Assembly (NCBI GenBank): GCA_050294405.1
Contig: JBNKOC010000012.1
Span: 608,001 to 672,000, forward strand
Length of the DNA: 64,000 bases
Reading direction: 5' to 3'
Source of the DNA: Fibrobacteria bacterium
GTDB lineage: Bacteria > Fibrobacterota > Fibrobacteria > UBA11236 > JADFYW01
Every line of letters begins with the position of its first letter. Position 1 is the stretch's first letter. The notes under the pieces were generated by a model that ran no database searches, was not told the DNA's origin, and worked only from the letters and a program-made list of their open reading frames with translations. This document shows positions 32,981 through 43,448 of the stretch, piece after piece. Made by a program: the position numbers and the translations under genes.

Positions 32981-34189
32981 ATGAAATTTATTCAAAAGAT
33001 TTTAGATGATTTAGAACAAAAATCACAACCTGGTGGCCCATTACATATGGTGTGGCCCATTATCGAAGCTCAGGACACCGGACTTCGGGTTCCCGGCACA
33101 CGTACCTCCCAGGGGCCCCATGTACGTGACTTTATAAATCTTAAAAGAATGATGGCCATTGTAATTGTTACCCTTGTTCCTTGCCTTTTATTTGGCATGT
33201 ACAATGTGGGCTACCAACGGTCTTTGGCTCTGGGTCTGGAACCCAGTTTTGGATTTATGTTTTGGGAAGGTATAAAGTATTGCCTGCCCATTGTTATTGT
33301 CTCCTATGTGGTTGGCGGTTTTTGGGAGGTGTTATTTGCCTTGGTCCGCGGCCATGAAATTAACGAGGGTTTTCTGGTAACAGGTCTTATTTTTCCATTA
33401 ACATTGCCTCCTACCACCCCTCTTTGGATGGTCGCCGTTGGCGTTTCCTTTGGAGTGGTTATTGGAAAAGAAGTTTTCGGCGGAACAGGTATGAACATCT
33501 TGAATCCGGCCCTAACAGCAAGAGCTTTTTTGTTTTTTGCTTACCCTGCCCAAATGTCAGGCGATAAAGTTTGGGTTGCCGTCAACGCGGCTAAAGACTC
33601 TATTGTAGACGGCTTTTCCGGAGCATCTCCCTTAGGCATAGCTTACAGCACACTTGCCAAAGACGATGTCATCGCAAAGTTGCATGATAGGGGATACGAC
33701 CTTTTTAATTTGTTTTTTGGTTACATTCCGGGTTCCATTGGCGAGACAAGTACTTTTCTCTGCCTCTTAGGAGCCGGAGTGTTATTGCTTACCGGAGTGG
33801 GTAGCTGGCGCATTATGCTTAGCATGTTCGCCGGCGGCGCATTAATGTCCATCATAATACAATTTTTGGCAGGGCCTGATTCTTCAGGGCTTATGGATTT
33901 GCCGTTTTACTACCAACTGTGCCTGGGCGGATTTGCATATGGAGCCGTTTATATGGCTACGGACCCTGTATCAGCCGCAGCGACAGATGTAGGTAAATAT
34001 ATATATGGATTTTTAATCGGTGTTTTAGCTATGATAATTCGCTGTTTAAACCCGGCCTATCCAGAAGGCGTGATGTTGGCCATATTATTTATGAATATTT
34101 TCGCCCCGTTAATCGATCATTATGTAGTTCAGGTGAATGTGGGAAGACGACAGCGCAGATTAAAATCCAAGGGGGTGCAACATGCGTAA
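32981..34189 (+). CDS. nqrB: Na+-NQR subunit B
   Basis: PHVRD...LKRMM, KEVFGGTG.N.LNPAL, GSIGETS, MATDPVS, NPAYPEG. Confidence 0.96.
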   Translation: MKFIQKILDDLEQKSQPGGPLHMVWPIIEAQDTGLRVPGTRTSQGPHVRDFINLKRMMAIVIVTLVPCLLFGMYNVGYQRSLALGLEPSFGFMFWEGIKYCLPIVIVSYVVGGFWEVLFALVRGHEINEGFLVTGLIFPLTLPPTTPLWMVAVGVSFGVVIGKEVFGGTGMNILNPALTARAFLFFAYPAQMSGDKVWVAVNAAKDSIVDGFSGASPLGIAYSTLAKDDVIAKLHDRGYDLFNLFFGYIPGSIGETSTFLCLLGAGVLLLTGVGSWRIMLSMFAGGALMSIIIQFLAGPDSSGLMDLPFYYQLCLGGFAYGAVYMATDPVSAAATDVGKYIYGFLIGVLAMIIRCLNPAYPEGVMLAILFMNIFAPLIDHYVVQVNVGRRQRRLKSKGVQHA

Positions 34190-34865
34190 TACATTTGTAT
34201 TTGCCACTCTGGTATGTTTGGTGTGTTCTGTGTCCCTGGCCACATTTGCCACTTGGTTAAAACCAAGGCAACAGTACAACTTGGAAATCGACCAAAAGAA
34301 AAATATTCTGATGGCCTTAGGACTGGTAGAATCAGGAGCAAAAGTAGAGGCTAAAGCCGTTGAAAAACTCTACGAAGATAAAGTAAAGGCCTATGTAATT
34401 GATAAATCAGGTTCTGTTCAGCCGGATATGAAACCCAATCAAATTCCAGAATCCAGTGAGCTTTTGCCTGTATTTGAACGCCAGGACAATAACTACGTAG
34501 CTTTACCTGTTGCGGGAATGGGTCTGTGGAGTCTTTTAAAGGGTTACATAGCTTTAAAAGAAGATGGCCACACTGTTGCCGGAATAACTTTTTATGAACA
34601 AGCCGAAACCCCTGGGTTGGGAGCTGAAATTTCCACAGAATGGTTTACTCAAAACTTTGTGGGAAAAGATATTCTAAATCCTAAAGGCGAGTTGGTATCC
34701 ATTCAGGTGGCTAAGGGAAAGGCGGCAGATGCCGCTGGTGTAGATATTAGCAATGTGGTGGACGGCATTAGCGGAGCTACCATGACCTGCCGTGGAGTAA
34801 CCAATTTGCTTAAAGTAGGCATGCAAGATTACCGTCCCTTTCTTGAAAATAAATGGCAAAATTAG
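34182..34865 (+). CDS. nqrC: Na+-NQR subunit C
   Basis: G.GLW, ETPGLGAEI, FMN site DGISGAT. Confidence 0.95.
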   Translation: MRNTFVFATLVCLVCSVSLATFATWLKPRQQYNLEIDQKKNILMALGLVESGAKVEAKAVEKLYEDKVKAYVIDKSGSVQPDMKPNQIPESSELLPVFERQDNNYVALPVAGMGLWSLLKGYIALKEDGHTVAGITFYEQAETPGLGAEISTEWFTQNFVGKDILNPKGELVSIQVAKGKAADAAGVDISNVVDGISGATMTCRGVTNLLKVGMQDYRPFLENKWQN

Positions 34866-34877
34866 GCCGAGGTAAAA

Positions 34878-35540
34878 ATGAGTGATTCAGAAAAAGCACC
34901 ACTTTTTGGAAAAAAAGAAAAAAAGTTATTAACAGATCCCTTCTGGAATAACAACCCAATAACCTTACAGGTACTGGGAATATGTTCAGCTCTGGCTGTT
35001 ACAACCCAAGTTCAGCCAGCTTTTATTATGGCCATATCCCTGACCTTCGTAACTGCCTTTTCAAACTTTTTTGTTTCTTTGCTTCGCAATTATATCCCCA
35101 ATAACATCCGTATTATTGTGGAACTTTCTATTATCGCCACATTGGTGATATTGGCGGACCAAACATTAAAGGCCTTTGCTTTTGACCAAAGCAAAAAACT
35201 TAGTGTGTTTGTCGGCCTGATTATTACCAACTGTATCGTACTTGGCCGTGCAGAGGCGTTTGCTTTGGCAAATAACCCCTTTCGCTCTTTTTTAGATGGT
35301 CTTGGAAATGGATTTGGCTACGGATTTATTCTTTTAGTGGTTGCTGTAATACGCGAACTTTTTGGCAGTGGCAAACTTTTTATTGGCACTCCTTTTGAAG
35401 TTTCATTGCCCAAAGCGGTTTACGATTTCGGTTATGTAAACAACGGGCTTATGGTTTTGGCTCCCGCAGCCTTTTTTCTTGTGGGTATCTTTATTTGGAT
35501 ACAGCGCTCAATTTCCACTAAACTGGTGGAGGACGAATAA
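34878..35540 (+). CDS. nqrD: Na+-NQR subunit D
   Basis: [39 protein letters not shown]. Confidence 0.97.
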   Translation: MSDSEKAPLFGKKEKKLLTDPFWNNNPITLQVLGICSALAVTTQVQPAFIMAISLTFVTAFSNFFVSLLRNYIPNNIRIIVELSIIATLVILADQTLKAFAFDQSKKLSVFVGLIITNCIVLGRAEAFALANNPFRSFLDGLGNGFGYGFILLVVAVIRELFGSGKLFIGTPFEVSLPKAVYDFGYVNNGLMVLAPAAFFLVGIFIWIQRSISTKLVEDE

Positions 35541-35542
35541 CA

Positions 35543-36142
35543 ATGATAAATCTTTTTATTAAATCCATTTTTGTGGAAAACATTTTATTGTCCCTATTCT
35601 TGGGGATGTGTTCCTTTCTGGCTGTTTCCAAAAAAATCAAAACAGCTACGGGTCTTGGAATAGCAGTTATCTTTGTGCTCACATGCACTGGCCCTCTTAA
35701 CTGGCTCATTAACGAAGCCTTTTTGAAAAAAGGAGCTTTGGCCTGGGCGGGAATGCCCCAATTGGATCTTAGCTTTTTACAATTCGTTTCTTTTATTGCG
35801 GTAATTGCGGCTTTTGTTCAGTTGGTGGAAATGTTTCTGGATAAATTCAGTCCCGCCTTGTATAACTCTTTGGGAATATACTTACCTCTAATCGCGGTGA
35901 ACTGCGCTATTTTAGGTGTTTCCCTTTTTATGGTTCAGCGCACTTATGACCTAAAGGAAACAACTGTATTTTCTCTTGGGTCCGGCATCGGATGGGCCTT
36001 GGCTATTATTGCTTTGGCGGCCATACGGCAAAAACTTCAGTACTCCAATGTCCCTAAATCTTTAAGAGGTTTGGGAATAACATTTATCGTAACCGGGTTA
36101 ATGGCAATGGGCTTTATGTGCTTTGCCGGAATTAGTTTATAG
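35543..36142 (+). CDS. nqrE: Na+-NQR subunit E
   Basis: [32 protein letters not shown]. Confidence 0.97.
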   Translation: MINLFIKSIFVENILLSLFLGMCSFLAVSKKIKTATGLGIAVIFVLTCTGPLNWLINEAFLKKGALAWAGMPQLDLSFLQFVSFIAVIAAFVQLVEMFLDKFSPALYNSLGIYLPLIAVNCAILGVSLFMVQRTYDLKETTVFSLGSGIGWALAIIALAAIRQKLQYSNVPKSLRGLGITFIVTGLMAMGFMCFAGISL

Positions 36143-36166
36143 GATTTAGAAACAGGTTAAATTAAC

Positions 36167-37381
36167 ATGGCTATAATAATCAGCGTAATTGTTTTCACAG
36201 GTGTCATTATTCTATTAGTGGCATTGCTTCAAATGGCGGAAAAGAAACTGGTCAAGCAGGGAGATTGCGAAATTGTCATTAACGGCGATTCTTCGGCAGC
36301 TCTAAAGGTTTCTGCCGGCGGCACTTTGCTTGGAGCCTTAGCTGGGAAAAAAATCTTTTTGCCTTCTGCTTGCGGCGGTGGCGGCACTTGTGCCATGTGC
36401 AAGTGTCAGGTAAATGAAGGTGGAGGCGATATTCTGGAAACAGAAAAAGGCCACATTAACAGAAAAGCCGCTAAGGAAGGATGGAGACTGGCCTGCCAGG
36501 TAAAAGTTAAAAACGACATGAAAATTCATGTGCCTGAAGAAATTTTCAATATTAAAAAATACAATTGCACGGTTCGCTCCAATAAAAATGTGGCCACTTT
36601 CATAAAAGAACTCATTGTGGATTTAGATGACGGACAGGTATTGGAATTTGAAGCAGGCGGATATATCCAGATAGATATTCCTAAATACAATATATCCTTT
36701 AAGGATTTTGATATTGAAGAAGAATATCGCGAGGATTGGGACAAGTTTAAGCTGTGGGATTTAAAAAGCAAGAACGACGAAGAAATATTTAGGGCTTATT
36801 CCATGGCCAACCATCCTGCAGAGGGAAACCGCATTATGTTAAATGTGCGTATTGCAACCCCTCCTCCAGGTACGAACTTCCCTCCGGGAATAAGTTCTTC
36901 TTATATTTTTAATTTAAAGCCTGGTGACAAGGTGGTTATGTCAGGGCCCTATGGTGAATTTTTCCAGAAAAAAACCAACAGAGAAATGTGTTTTATTGGC
37001 GGCGGTGCCGGAATGGCCCCTATGCGCTCTCATATTTTTGATTTATTCCACACCCAAAAGACCAATAGAAAAGTAACATTCTGGTATGGAGCCCGTTCTC
37101 TCAGAGAGAATATGTATGTGGAAGATTTTGAAGGTATTGCAAAGGAATTCCCCAATTTCAGTTACAATGTGGCCATGTCTGATCCTCTTCCCGAAGACAA
37201 TTGGACTGGGCCTAAGGGTTTTATCCACCAGGTAGTGCTGGAAAATTATTTGAAAGATCACCCGGAGCCAGAAGAAATCGAGTATTACATGTGCGGCCCT
37301 CCCATGATGTTAAACGCGGTTATTAATATGCTTCATGATCTTGGAGTTGAAGATGAAATGATTGCCTTTGACGCCTTTTGA
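36167..37381 (+). CDS. nqrF: Na+-NQR subunit F
   Basis: [12 protein letters not shown] 2Fe-2S motif, [25 protein letters not shown]. Confidence 0.97.
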   Translation: MAIIISVIVFTGVIILLVALLQMAEKKLVKQGDCEIVINGDSSAALKVSAGGTLLGALAGKKIFLPSACGGGGTCAMCKCQVNEGGGDILETEKGHINRKAAKEGWRLACQVKVKNDMKIHVPEEIFNIKKYNCTVRSNKNVATFIKELIVDLDDGQVLEFEAGGYIQIDIPKYNISFKDFDIEEEYREDWDKFKLWDLKSKNDEEIFRAYSMANHPAEGNRIMLNVRIATPPPGTNFPPGISSSYIFNLKPGDKVVMSGPYGEFFQKKTNREMCFIGGGAGMAPMRSHIFDLFHTQKTNRKVTFWYGARSLRENMYVEDFEGIAKEFPNFSYNVAMSDPLPEDNWTGPKGFIHQVVLENYLKDHPEPEEIEYYMCGPPMMLNAVINMLHDLGVEDEMIAFDAF

Positions 37382-37399
37382 TTTTTTGTTGAAATTGCT

Positions 37400-37438
37400 A
37401 AAAAATCCACTCTTTTTTAAAGGGTGGATTTTTTTTTT
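37400..37438 (+). terminator. Rho-independent terminator after nqrF
   Basis: AAAAAATCCACTCT...AGGGTGGATTTTTTTTT hairpin with poly-T. Confidence 0.8.
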
Positions 37439-37497
37439 GGTAGCCGGGGATTAAGCGTGTATTTTATTGCCAATTCATCCTGTTTGGGACTTATTCT

Positions 37498-38811
37498 ATG
37501 AAAAAATATAAACTGGCCGGGGGTCGGTATTTAAAAGGAGAAATCACTGTACGTGGCGCTAAAAATGCTGTCACAAAACAAATGGTTGCTTCTCTTCTGG
37601 CTGAAGGCAAAAGCCGTCTTAAAAATGTTCCTCTAATTGGAGATGTTACTGTAACCAGCGAAATTCTCTCTTCCTTGGGATGCGGCATTGAATTTAATAG
37701 CGATATGGGAATTATGGAGCTGGATGCTTCAAAGCTTAAGGTAGGTAAAATTCCCATTGAATATTCGGGGGTAAATCGCATCCCTATATTAATGGCAGGG
37801 CCCTTGTTACACCGTTTCGGCGAGGCTAAAATTCCCATGATGGGTGGCTGTAAAATTGGAGATCGCCCTCTGAATTTCCATGTGGATGGCCTGTCTCTTT
37901 TAGGGGCAAAGGCGGATTATGAAGATAATTATTACATCTTTCGGGCGGATAAGTTACATGGAGCCCAGGTGGAACTTCCTTTTCCCAGTGTGGGTGCCAC
38001 AGAAAATATCATGATGGCTGCAGTTTTGGCTAGAGGAACTACCATTATTAAAAATGCTGCTATTGAGCCAGAAATAGTGGATTTAGCCATGTATTTGCAA
38101 AGTATGGGAGCTATTATTGCACAGGAGGTGGATAGAACCTGGACTATCCAGGGGGTAGAAAGGCTGCACCCCGCGGAACACCGTGTGATAAATGATAGGA
38201 TTGAAGCGGCTTCCTTTGCCGTATCTGCCATAGCTTCCAAAGGGGATGTCACCATAAAAGGGGCTGATCAACTTCACCTTCAAACTTTTTTAAATCTCCT
38301 AAGAAAAGCCGGCGGCGAATTTGATGTTGTGGAAGGCGGAATTCGTTTTTACGGAGTGGATTCTAAATTAGTTCCCATTGCCGCTGAAACCGGCGTGCAT
38401 CCGGGTTTAATGACCGACTGGCAGCAACCTTTGGTTATGTTACTTACTCAGGCGAATGGGGTGAGCGTTATTCATGAAACTGTGTATGAAAACCGTTTTG
38501 GTTATGTTAATGCCTTAAATAAAATGGGTGCTAAAATTCAGGTTTTTAATGAATGTCTTGGGGGCAACCCCTGTCGATTCAGGCAAATGGGATACGCCCA
38601 TTCCTGTATTATATCCGGTCCTACTCCGCTAAAAGGAACCCATATTGATATTCCTGACCTAAGAGCAGGTTTTTCTTACTTGGTGGCGGCCGTTTTAGCA
38701 GAAGGAGAATCGGTGCTATCCAATGTCGGCTATATTGAAAGGGGCTACGATAGAATTGTGGAGAAATTTAAAAGCCTGGGAGTAGATATTGAAATTATAG
38801 AGGCCGGTTAA
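37498..38811 (+). CDS. murA: UDP-N-acetylglucosamine 1-carboxyvinyltransferase
   Basis: GAKNA, GGCKIGDRP (catalytic Cys), SVGATEN, NAAIEPEI, PDLRAG, IERGY. Confidence 0.96.
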   Translation: MKKYKLAGGRYLKGEITVRGAKNAVTKQMVASLLAEGKSRLKNVPLIGDVTVTSEILSSLGCGIEFNSDMGIMELDASKLKVGKIPIEYSGVNRIPILMAGPLLHRFGEAKIPMMGGCKIGDRPLNFHVDGLSLLGAKADYEDNYYIFRADKLHGAQVELPFPSVGATENIMMAAVLARGTTIIKNAAIEPEIVDLAMYLQSMGAIIAQEVDRTWTIQGVERLHPAEHRVINDRIEAASFAVSAIASKGDVTIKGADQLHLQTFLNLLRKAGGEFDVVEGGIRFYGVDSKLVPIAAETGVHPGLMTDWQQPLVMLLTQANGVSVIHETVYENRFGYVNALNKMGAKIQVFNECLGGNPCRFRQMGYAHSCIISGPTPLKGTHIDIPDLRAGFSYLVAAVLAEGESVLSNVGYIERGYDRIVEKFKSLGVDIEIIEAG

Positions 38812-38842
38812 AATGCTTTTCTCTATAATCTAGATTACATAC

Positions 38843-40018
38843 ATGCTTTTACTCAAGGAAAGTTTATCTTCTGAAGAAAGTTTCCTTTTGGAATTGGCAA
38901 AGCATGTTGCTCTTAATACGAATGAGCCCTTAAACTCGCACCCATTGCATTCGAACCTGGACTGGGCCCGGATACAAAATCTTTCCCTGGCCCAGGGCAT
39001 GTTTCCCTCCTTTTATAAAAATTATGTTACGTCTAACGAAGGGCTCTTTGGTGAAAATTTGCTATCTCAAATTAAAGAAAAATGGAAACTTTTAAAATCA
39101 AAAAACCTGGCTATAACAGCAGAGGCAACTCGCTTATGGCAAGTGTTCGATACTAAGAAAATAAAGGCAATACCCTACAAAGGTTTCGAACTCTCCAACC
39201 ATTTATACGGAGATGAAAATTCCAGGCAATTTGATGACATTGATATTTTAATTCAGCCAGATGAAATAGAAACATTTTCCGGAGTGCTGAAAGAACTAGG
39301 GTATACAGCAAATAAAAAATTTGAAGGGCGCAAAAAAAAGGCTTATCAATTTTGGGAATGCGAGCTGGATTTTGTTCAAAAACATACAAACATAACGGTG
39401 GAACTCCACTGGGCAGTGGCTCCCAGGTATTTATCAGATAGGGCTCTCCTGGATAGATTGTGGAATGGAGAAAATATTAAAGAGGAAAAGGGAAAATTTC
39501 CACATATAATGGATCCCGAAATGTTTTTACTGTTATTAATTCACAACGGTTTAAAACACCATTTTGACAGGCTTTCAAATATTATGGATATGCTAGTGCT
39601 CTGGAAAAAAATTAACAGGGGCCCGAATAGCTTACTGTCGAAAATTAACGCTTCTAATTTGGACAAAATTTTTTTCCAGTTTAAGTTTCTTTCCATAAAT
39701 AAATTGGAGATTCCCGAAAGTCTATTTTCTTCAAATGAAAGTTTATCAAAGACTGCCTCTGTAAATAGCTCTCAAAGTAAAAATTTAAAGGATACCCGTT
39801 TGTTAGATAAAATACAGGCGGGGGAGAGGTCTTTTTATTTATGTTTATGGCAATGGAACATGCTGGAAAATTATAAGCAAAAATTCATTTATGCTTACAA
39901 ACTTTTGTTTGTTCCCAACGAATACGATTGGAAAAAGATAAATCTTAGGGATTCATTCTATCTATTGTATTATGTATTGCGGCCCTTGAGGCTATTTTAC
40001 AGCTGGGTCCTAAAATAG
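38843..40018 (+). CDS. Uncharacterised nucleotidyltransferase family protein (NTP_transf_5-like)
   Basis: PYKG..L...LYG....R.F.DIDILI and VELHW motifs. Confidence 0.8.
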   Translation: MLLLKESLSSEESFLLELAKHVALNTNEPLNSHPLHSNLDWARIQNLSLAQGMFPSFYKNYVTSNEGLFGENLLSQIKEKWKLLKSKNLAITAEATRLWQVFDTKKIKAIPYKGFELSNHLYGDENSRQFDDIDILIQPDEIETFSGVLKELGYTANKKFEGRKKKAYQFWECELDFVQKHTNITVELHWAVAPRYLSDRALLDRLWNGENIKEEKGKFPHIMDPEMFLLLLIHNGLKHHFDRLSNIMDMLVLWKKINRGPNSLLSKINASNLDKIFFQFKFLSINKLEIPESLFSSNESLSKTASVNSSQSKNLKDTRLLDKIQAGERSFYLCLWQWNMLENYKQKFIYAYKLLFVPNEYDWKKINLRDSFYLLYYVLRPLRLFYSWVLK

Positions 40019-40019
40019 G

Positions 40020-42317
40020 TTACTTGTAGTAGTAACTATATCCGTATTTGTAATATTGATAATAGTATTGGTCCCAGAAAGACTTGGATACATCATTTAA
40101 GACTCCGCCCACCACTTTAGCTCCAATATGGTTGAGCTGACGAAGCACTTCTTCTCCGGCTTTCAGAGGCGTTTTTTTGCTTCTGAATACCACAAGAGTG
40201 CGGGTAACAAGCGGGGCCAAAGTCAAGGTATCCACTAACTGCAAAATAGGAGGAGAGTCGATAATGACTAGCTCATAATCTCTATAGGCCATTTTAAGCA
40301 GGCCCTGAATTTGCAATCTGGACTGAGCTTGCGTCAGGCTTAATGGGTTTTTTCCTGCGCAGATAATATCCAGGTTTTTTATTCCGGAATTCCTAATAAT
40401 TTGGCTGTATCCCATTCCACCCGATAAAAACTCGGAGAGGCCATATTCGTTTTCAATATTGAATATGTTATGTACATTATGACGGCGCAAATCAGCATCT
40501 ATAATTAATACTCGTTCTCCTTTAAGGGCGGCCGTGGTGGCCAGGTTCGCGGCTGTGGTGGTTTTACCTTCTCCCTGGAGCGCGCTGGTAACTACGATAC
40601 TTTTACTTTGCCCTTGGCCTGTTGGAAAAATATTTTCCAAAAGCCTTCGATACGGCTCGAAGTGCGGTTTGATTAATGCGTTTTCATCGCTGCCAGTAAT
40701 TAAAAGCCTATCCCCATCGATATCTTCTTTGGGAATGAGCCCCAGCAATTTGATCCCGTATTTGTTTTCCACATCTTTGGATTTTTGAACGGTAGTATCC
40801 AAATAATCAATAAGAAAACATACTCCGATACCCACAATAAGTCCTATTAAAATACTGGTTCCAAAATTGATGTAATTGTGAGGAACTAAAGCGCCTTTGG
40901 GCGCGGCGTTATCCATTTGGAATATTTCTCGTGGAGTAGCGGATTTTTTAAGCTGGGTATCCTGGAGTTTTTCCTGTAAAGTGAGATACATTTTTTCTGT
41001 GGTGGCTTTATTTCTGGTGAGCTGATTTAACTTTTGTTCCAGCTCAGGGGCCATGGCCAAGTTTTTAATGGCTTCTTCTTGAAGTTTTATCAGATTTTGC
41101 TTTTTGGATAAAAGCAATTCTCTCTGAACATTGTCTTTTTCTTTTTCATTTGTAAGTCTCTGCCACTTGGGGTTGGGCGAAAGTTTGGTGGATCCTGCGT
41201 TTTCGTTTCCACTTTTGCGGATTAAATCTTTAACTGCCAACATTTTGTCTTTAAGCTCTAAAATTTTTGGATGTTCATCCCGGTATTTTGAGGAAAGGGT
41301 GGCAAGTTCCAATTTTAAACTCATCATTTGATTGCGAAGCTCGCTGCTGTAATCCACATCCTCCACAATTTCGGACTTTGTTTCTTTTAATTCCTGCTCG
41401 CGTAAAAATTGGGCTTTGTTTATTTCCTGAATTTGAAGGTTGGTTTCGGTAATTTCAGCATCGTAATTTTTTATGGAAAGATTATTCCCCTCCCCTTTTT
41501 TGGTGTAGAAAATAGGGTTATCCTGAAAAAAGTTTTTAATAGCCCCTTCCAAAGAATCTAAAATTTCTTGCTTTTGGGACATCTGGCTGCGGATCCAGGA
41601 TTCGTAATCGTAAAACGCCTTTTGCTTTATTATCAAGTCATAATTTTCATATTCGCTGGCAATAACATTTGCCAGATATGAGGAAAACAGGGCGTCTTCG
41701 CTGGTTACCACAATGTTAATAATATTGGCATCCCGTGTTCTATCCACTTTTATCATGTTGGCAATTTGCCGTTCGCTTAAGTTGGTATCTAATTTAGCAG
41801 TGACATTTTTCAAAAACTTAAAGGACTTGATATTTTCCTTGTGGGTGGAAATGGTGTTGTCACTTATATAATCGTAGCCATAGAATGGATCCATTACCCC
41901 GGTCATGCTTATGACTCTCAGACGGGAAGTGCTTTTAAAGCTGGGGTTATGGTTCCATTTTGTAAAAAAACCAACTAGCACTACAATTATTAAACTGGCC
42001 ACCAACCAATAGCGTCTGTGCAGCACAACTCCGATGTAATCCCTAACATCAATTTTTTCACTGTCCTCATCAATACTGGAATAAGTTGTTTCCATTACTG
42101 GTACCAAATTTTGCCTTGGGCCGGAATTTATTTCTGAAAATTGTGCTTCTGCATGATTATCGGAATACACGGGCAAATGTATATTATGCTGGGGCTTATT
42201 ATTTGCAATAGGCCTATTAAACTTGGTTTTATCCCCTTTAAATGAGGTAAAACGCAATTCACCTGCAGACGGATTCTTTTGAGAATCCGAATTTTGCTGA
42301 TTTTCTTCAGATCGCAT
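40020..42317 (-). CDS. Wzc-like polysaccharide co-polymerase / BY tyrosine kinase
   Basis: Two TM segments around a coiled coil, Walker A QGEGKTT, IDADLRR, IIDSPP, terminal YYYQYYKYGYSYYYK. Start 42317 chosen because the ORF-track start overlaps the upstream gene. Confidence 0.9.
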   Translation of the reverse strand: MRSEENQQNSDSQKNPSAGELRFTSFKGDKTKFNRPIANNKPQHNIHLPVYSDNHAEAQFSEINSGPRQNLVPVMETTYSSIDEDSEKIDVRDYIGVVLHRRYWLVASLIIVVLVGFFTKWNHNPSFKSTSRLRVISMTGVMDPFYGYDYISDNTISTHKENIKSFKFLKNVTAKLDTNLSERQIANMIKVDRTRDANIINIVVTSEDALFSSYLANVIASEYENYDLIIKQKAFYDYESWIRSQMSQKQEILDSLEGAIKNFFQDNPIFYTKKGEGNNLSIKNYDAEITETNLQIQEINKAQFLREQELKETKSEIVEDVDYSSELRNQMMSLKLELATLSSKYRDEHPKILELKDKMLAVKDLIRKSGNENAGSTKLSPNPKWQRLTNEKEKDNVQRELLLSKKQNLIKLQEEAIKNLAMAPELEQKLNQLTRNKATTEKMYLTLQEKLQDTQLKKSATPREIFQMDNAAPKGALVPHNYINFGTSILIGLIVGIGVCFLIDYLDTTVQKSKDVENKYGIKLLGLIPKEDIDGDRLLITGSDENALIKPHFEPYRRLLENIFPTGQGQSKSIVVTSALQGEGKTTTAANLATTAALKGERVLIIDADLRRHNVHNIFNIENEYGLSEFLSGGMGYSQIIRNSGIKNLDIICAGKNPLSLTQAQSRLQIQGLLKMAYRDYELVIIDSPPILQLVDTLTLAPLVTRTLVVFRSKKTPLKAGEEVLRQLNHIGAKVVGGVLNDVSKSFWDQYYYQYYKYGYSYYYK

Positions 42318-42468
42318 TCCAGATAAATTATACCGACTCTGGAATCTACGATCCACAAATATTTGGCGAAAATGGCCTTTATCGCATTTATTGGGGTTTT
42401 TTAGAGGAGTTTGAGGCAAACCTATCAACTTAAATTGACAGGTTGGGAAGAAAATGGAATTGTAAGAA

Positions 42469-42951
42469 TTACTCTTCGGGGTATTCGCCCATGCCTTCTT
42501 CGGGAGAATCTTCTTCCATGATGGGGGCTTCGCCCTCATGAGGTTCTTCTTCTACGTTTTCAAGCTGGGTCTCTACCTTTAAAAAGTCTTCTTCAGAAAT
42601 ATCTGGGTTTCTGTGCTCCAGGCTGGGCAATGCAGAAACGATTCCTGCAAGCTTGCTTCCTTCTAATTTAATGCGAGGATTTTTAATAAGAACCTGAAGC
42701 TTTAGTGCTTTTAATTTTCTTTGGACTTCAGTTGGAACATTTCCCACTGGGTCAGTGAGTTCTCTTTTTTCAGAATCAACCAAAAAGCTTACCGCTTTCT
42801 TGTAATTGTTGGCGTTTATGGCAATGCTGAAATCCGTAAGGGTATCGATTAAGGTAGTGCCCTGCGTGGAAGAGTCCTGATTTTTTGAGGAACTGCATGC
42901 TAACACTAAGCCCAAAATGGCAATTCCGAGAATATACGTTTTAAGCCTCAT
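42469..42951 (-). CDS. Hypothetical lipoprotein with acidic C-terminal tail
   Basis: Lipobox LVLAC; Glu-rich end. Confidence 0.75.
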   Translation of the reverse strand: MRLKTYILGIAILGLVLACSSSKNQDSSTQGTTLIDTLTDFSIAINANNYKKAVSFLVDSEKRELTDPVGNVPTEVQRKLKALKLQVLIKNPRIKLEGSKLAGIVSALPSLEHRNPDISEEDFLKVETQLENVEEEPHEGEAPIMEEDSPEEGMGEYPEE

Positions 42952-43063
42952 CTTAAACCTGCTTGTTCAATTTTCAAATTAAATGGAAGTCTTCGCTCCA
43001 TTCTGGAGCTAAAATAGTTATTCTGGACAATATTTGTAAAATCACACAAAAAATTTTTGAGTT

Positions 43064-43420
43064 CTACTGAAGAATAATCTTTTTATTTCCCTGTTGCTGG
43101 GAAAACTCCCCTTCTTCCCTGGCCTCAACATAGCGAAAGGCAAAATCGCCCAATTGCACAAAATCTCCAAATAAAATTTCGGCCCTTTGGACCTGAACCC
43201 CGTTTAGCAGCACCCCGTTGGTGGAATTTAAATCCACAATAAAGGTTTTTCCATTTAAAACAAAAATGGAAGCATGGGTTTTAGACACGCTGGTTTCCAA
43301 TACGCACAAATCACATTGTGGCGCCCTGCCTATGGATATTTTAGGCTGGTAAAAAACATGTTGAAAAATTCGGTTGTGAAGATCTTGGTATTCAAGACAT
43401 ATCATATATGAAAAATACAC
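43064..43420 (-). CDS. Stand-alone FHA-domain protein
   Basis: IGR..., VSK.HA, DL.STNG..LNG. Confidence 0.85.
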   Translation of the reverse strand: MYFSYMICLEYQDLHNRIFQHVFYQPKISIGRAPQCDLCVLETSVSKTHASIFVLNGKTFIVDLNSTNGVLLNGVQVQRAEILFGDFVQLGDFAFRYVEAREEGEFSQQQGNKKIILQ

Positions 43421-43448
43421 TGCAAAACGGATTCATCCAACCGGAATT

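Noticed and set aside
42318..42539. Further N-terminal extension of the Wzc-like ORF
   Set aside because: Overlaps the upstream lipoprotein gene; ATG 42317 is more plausible.
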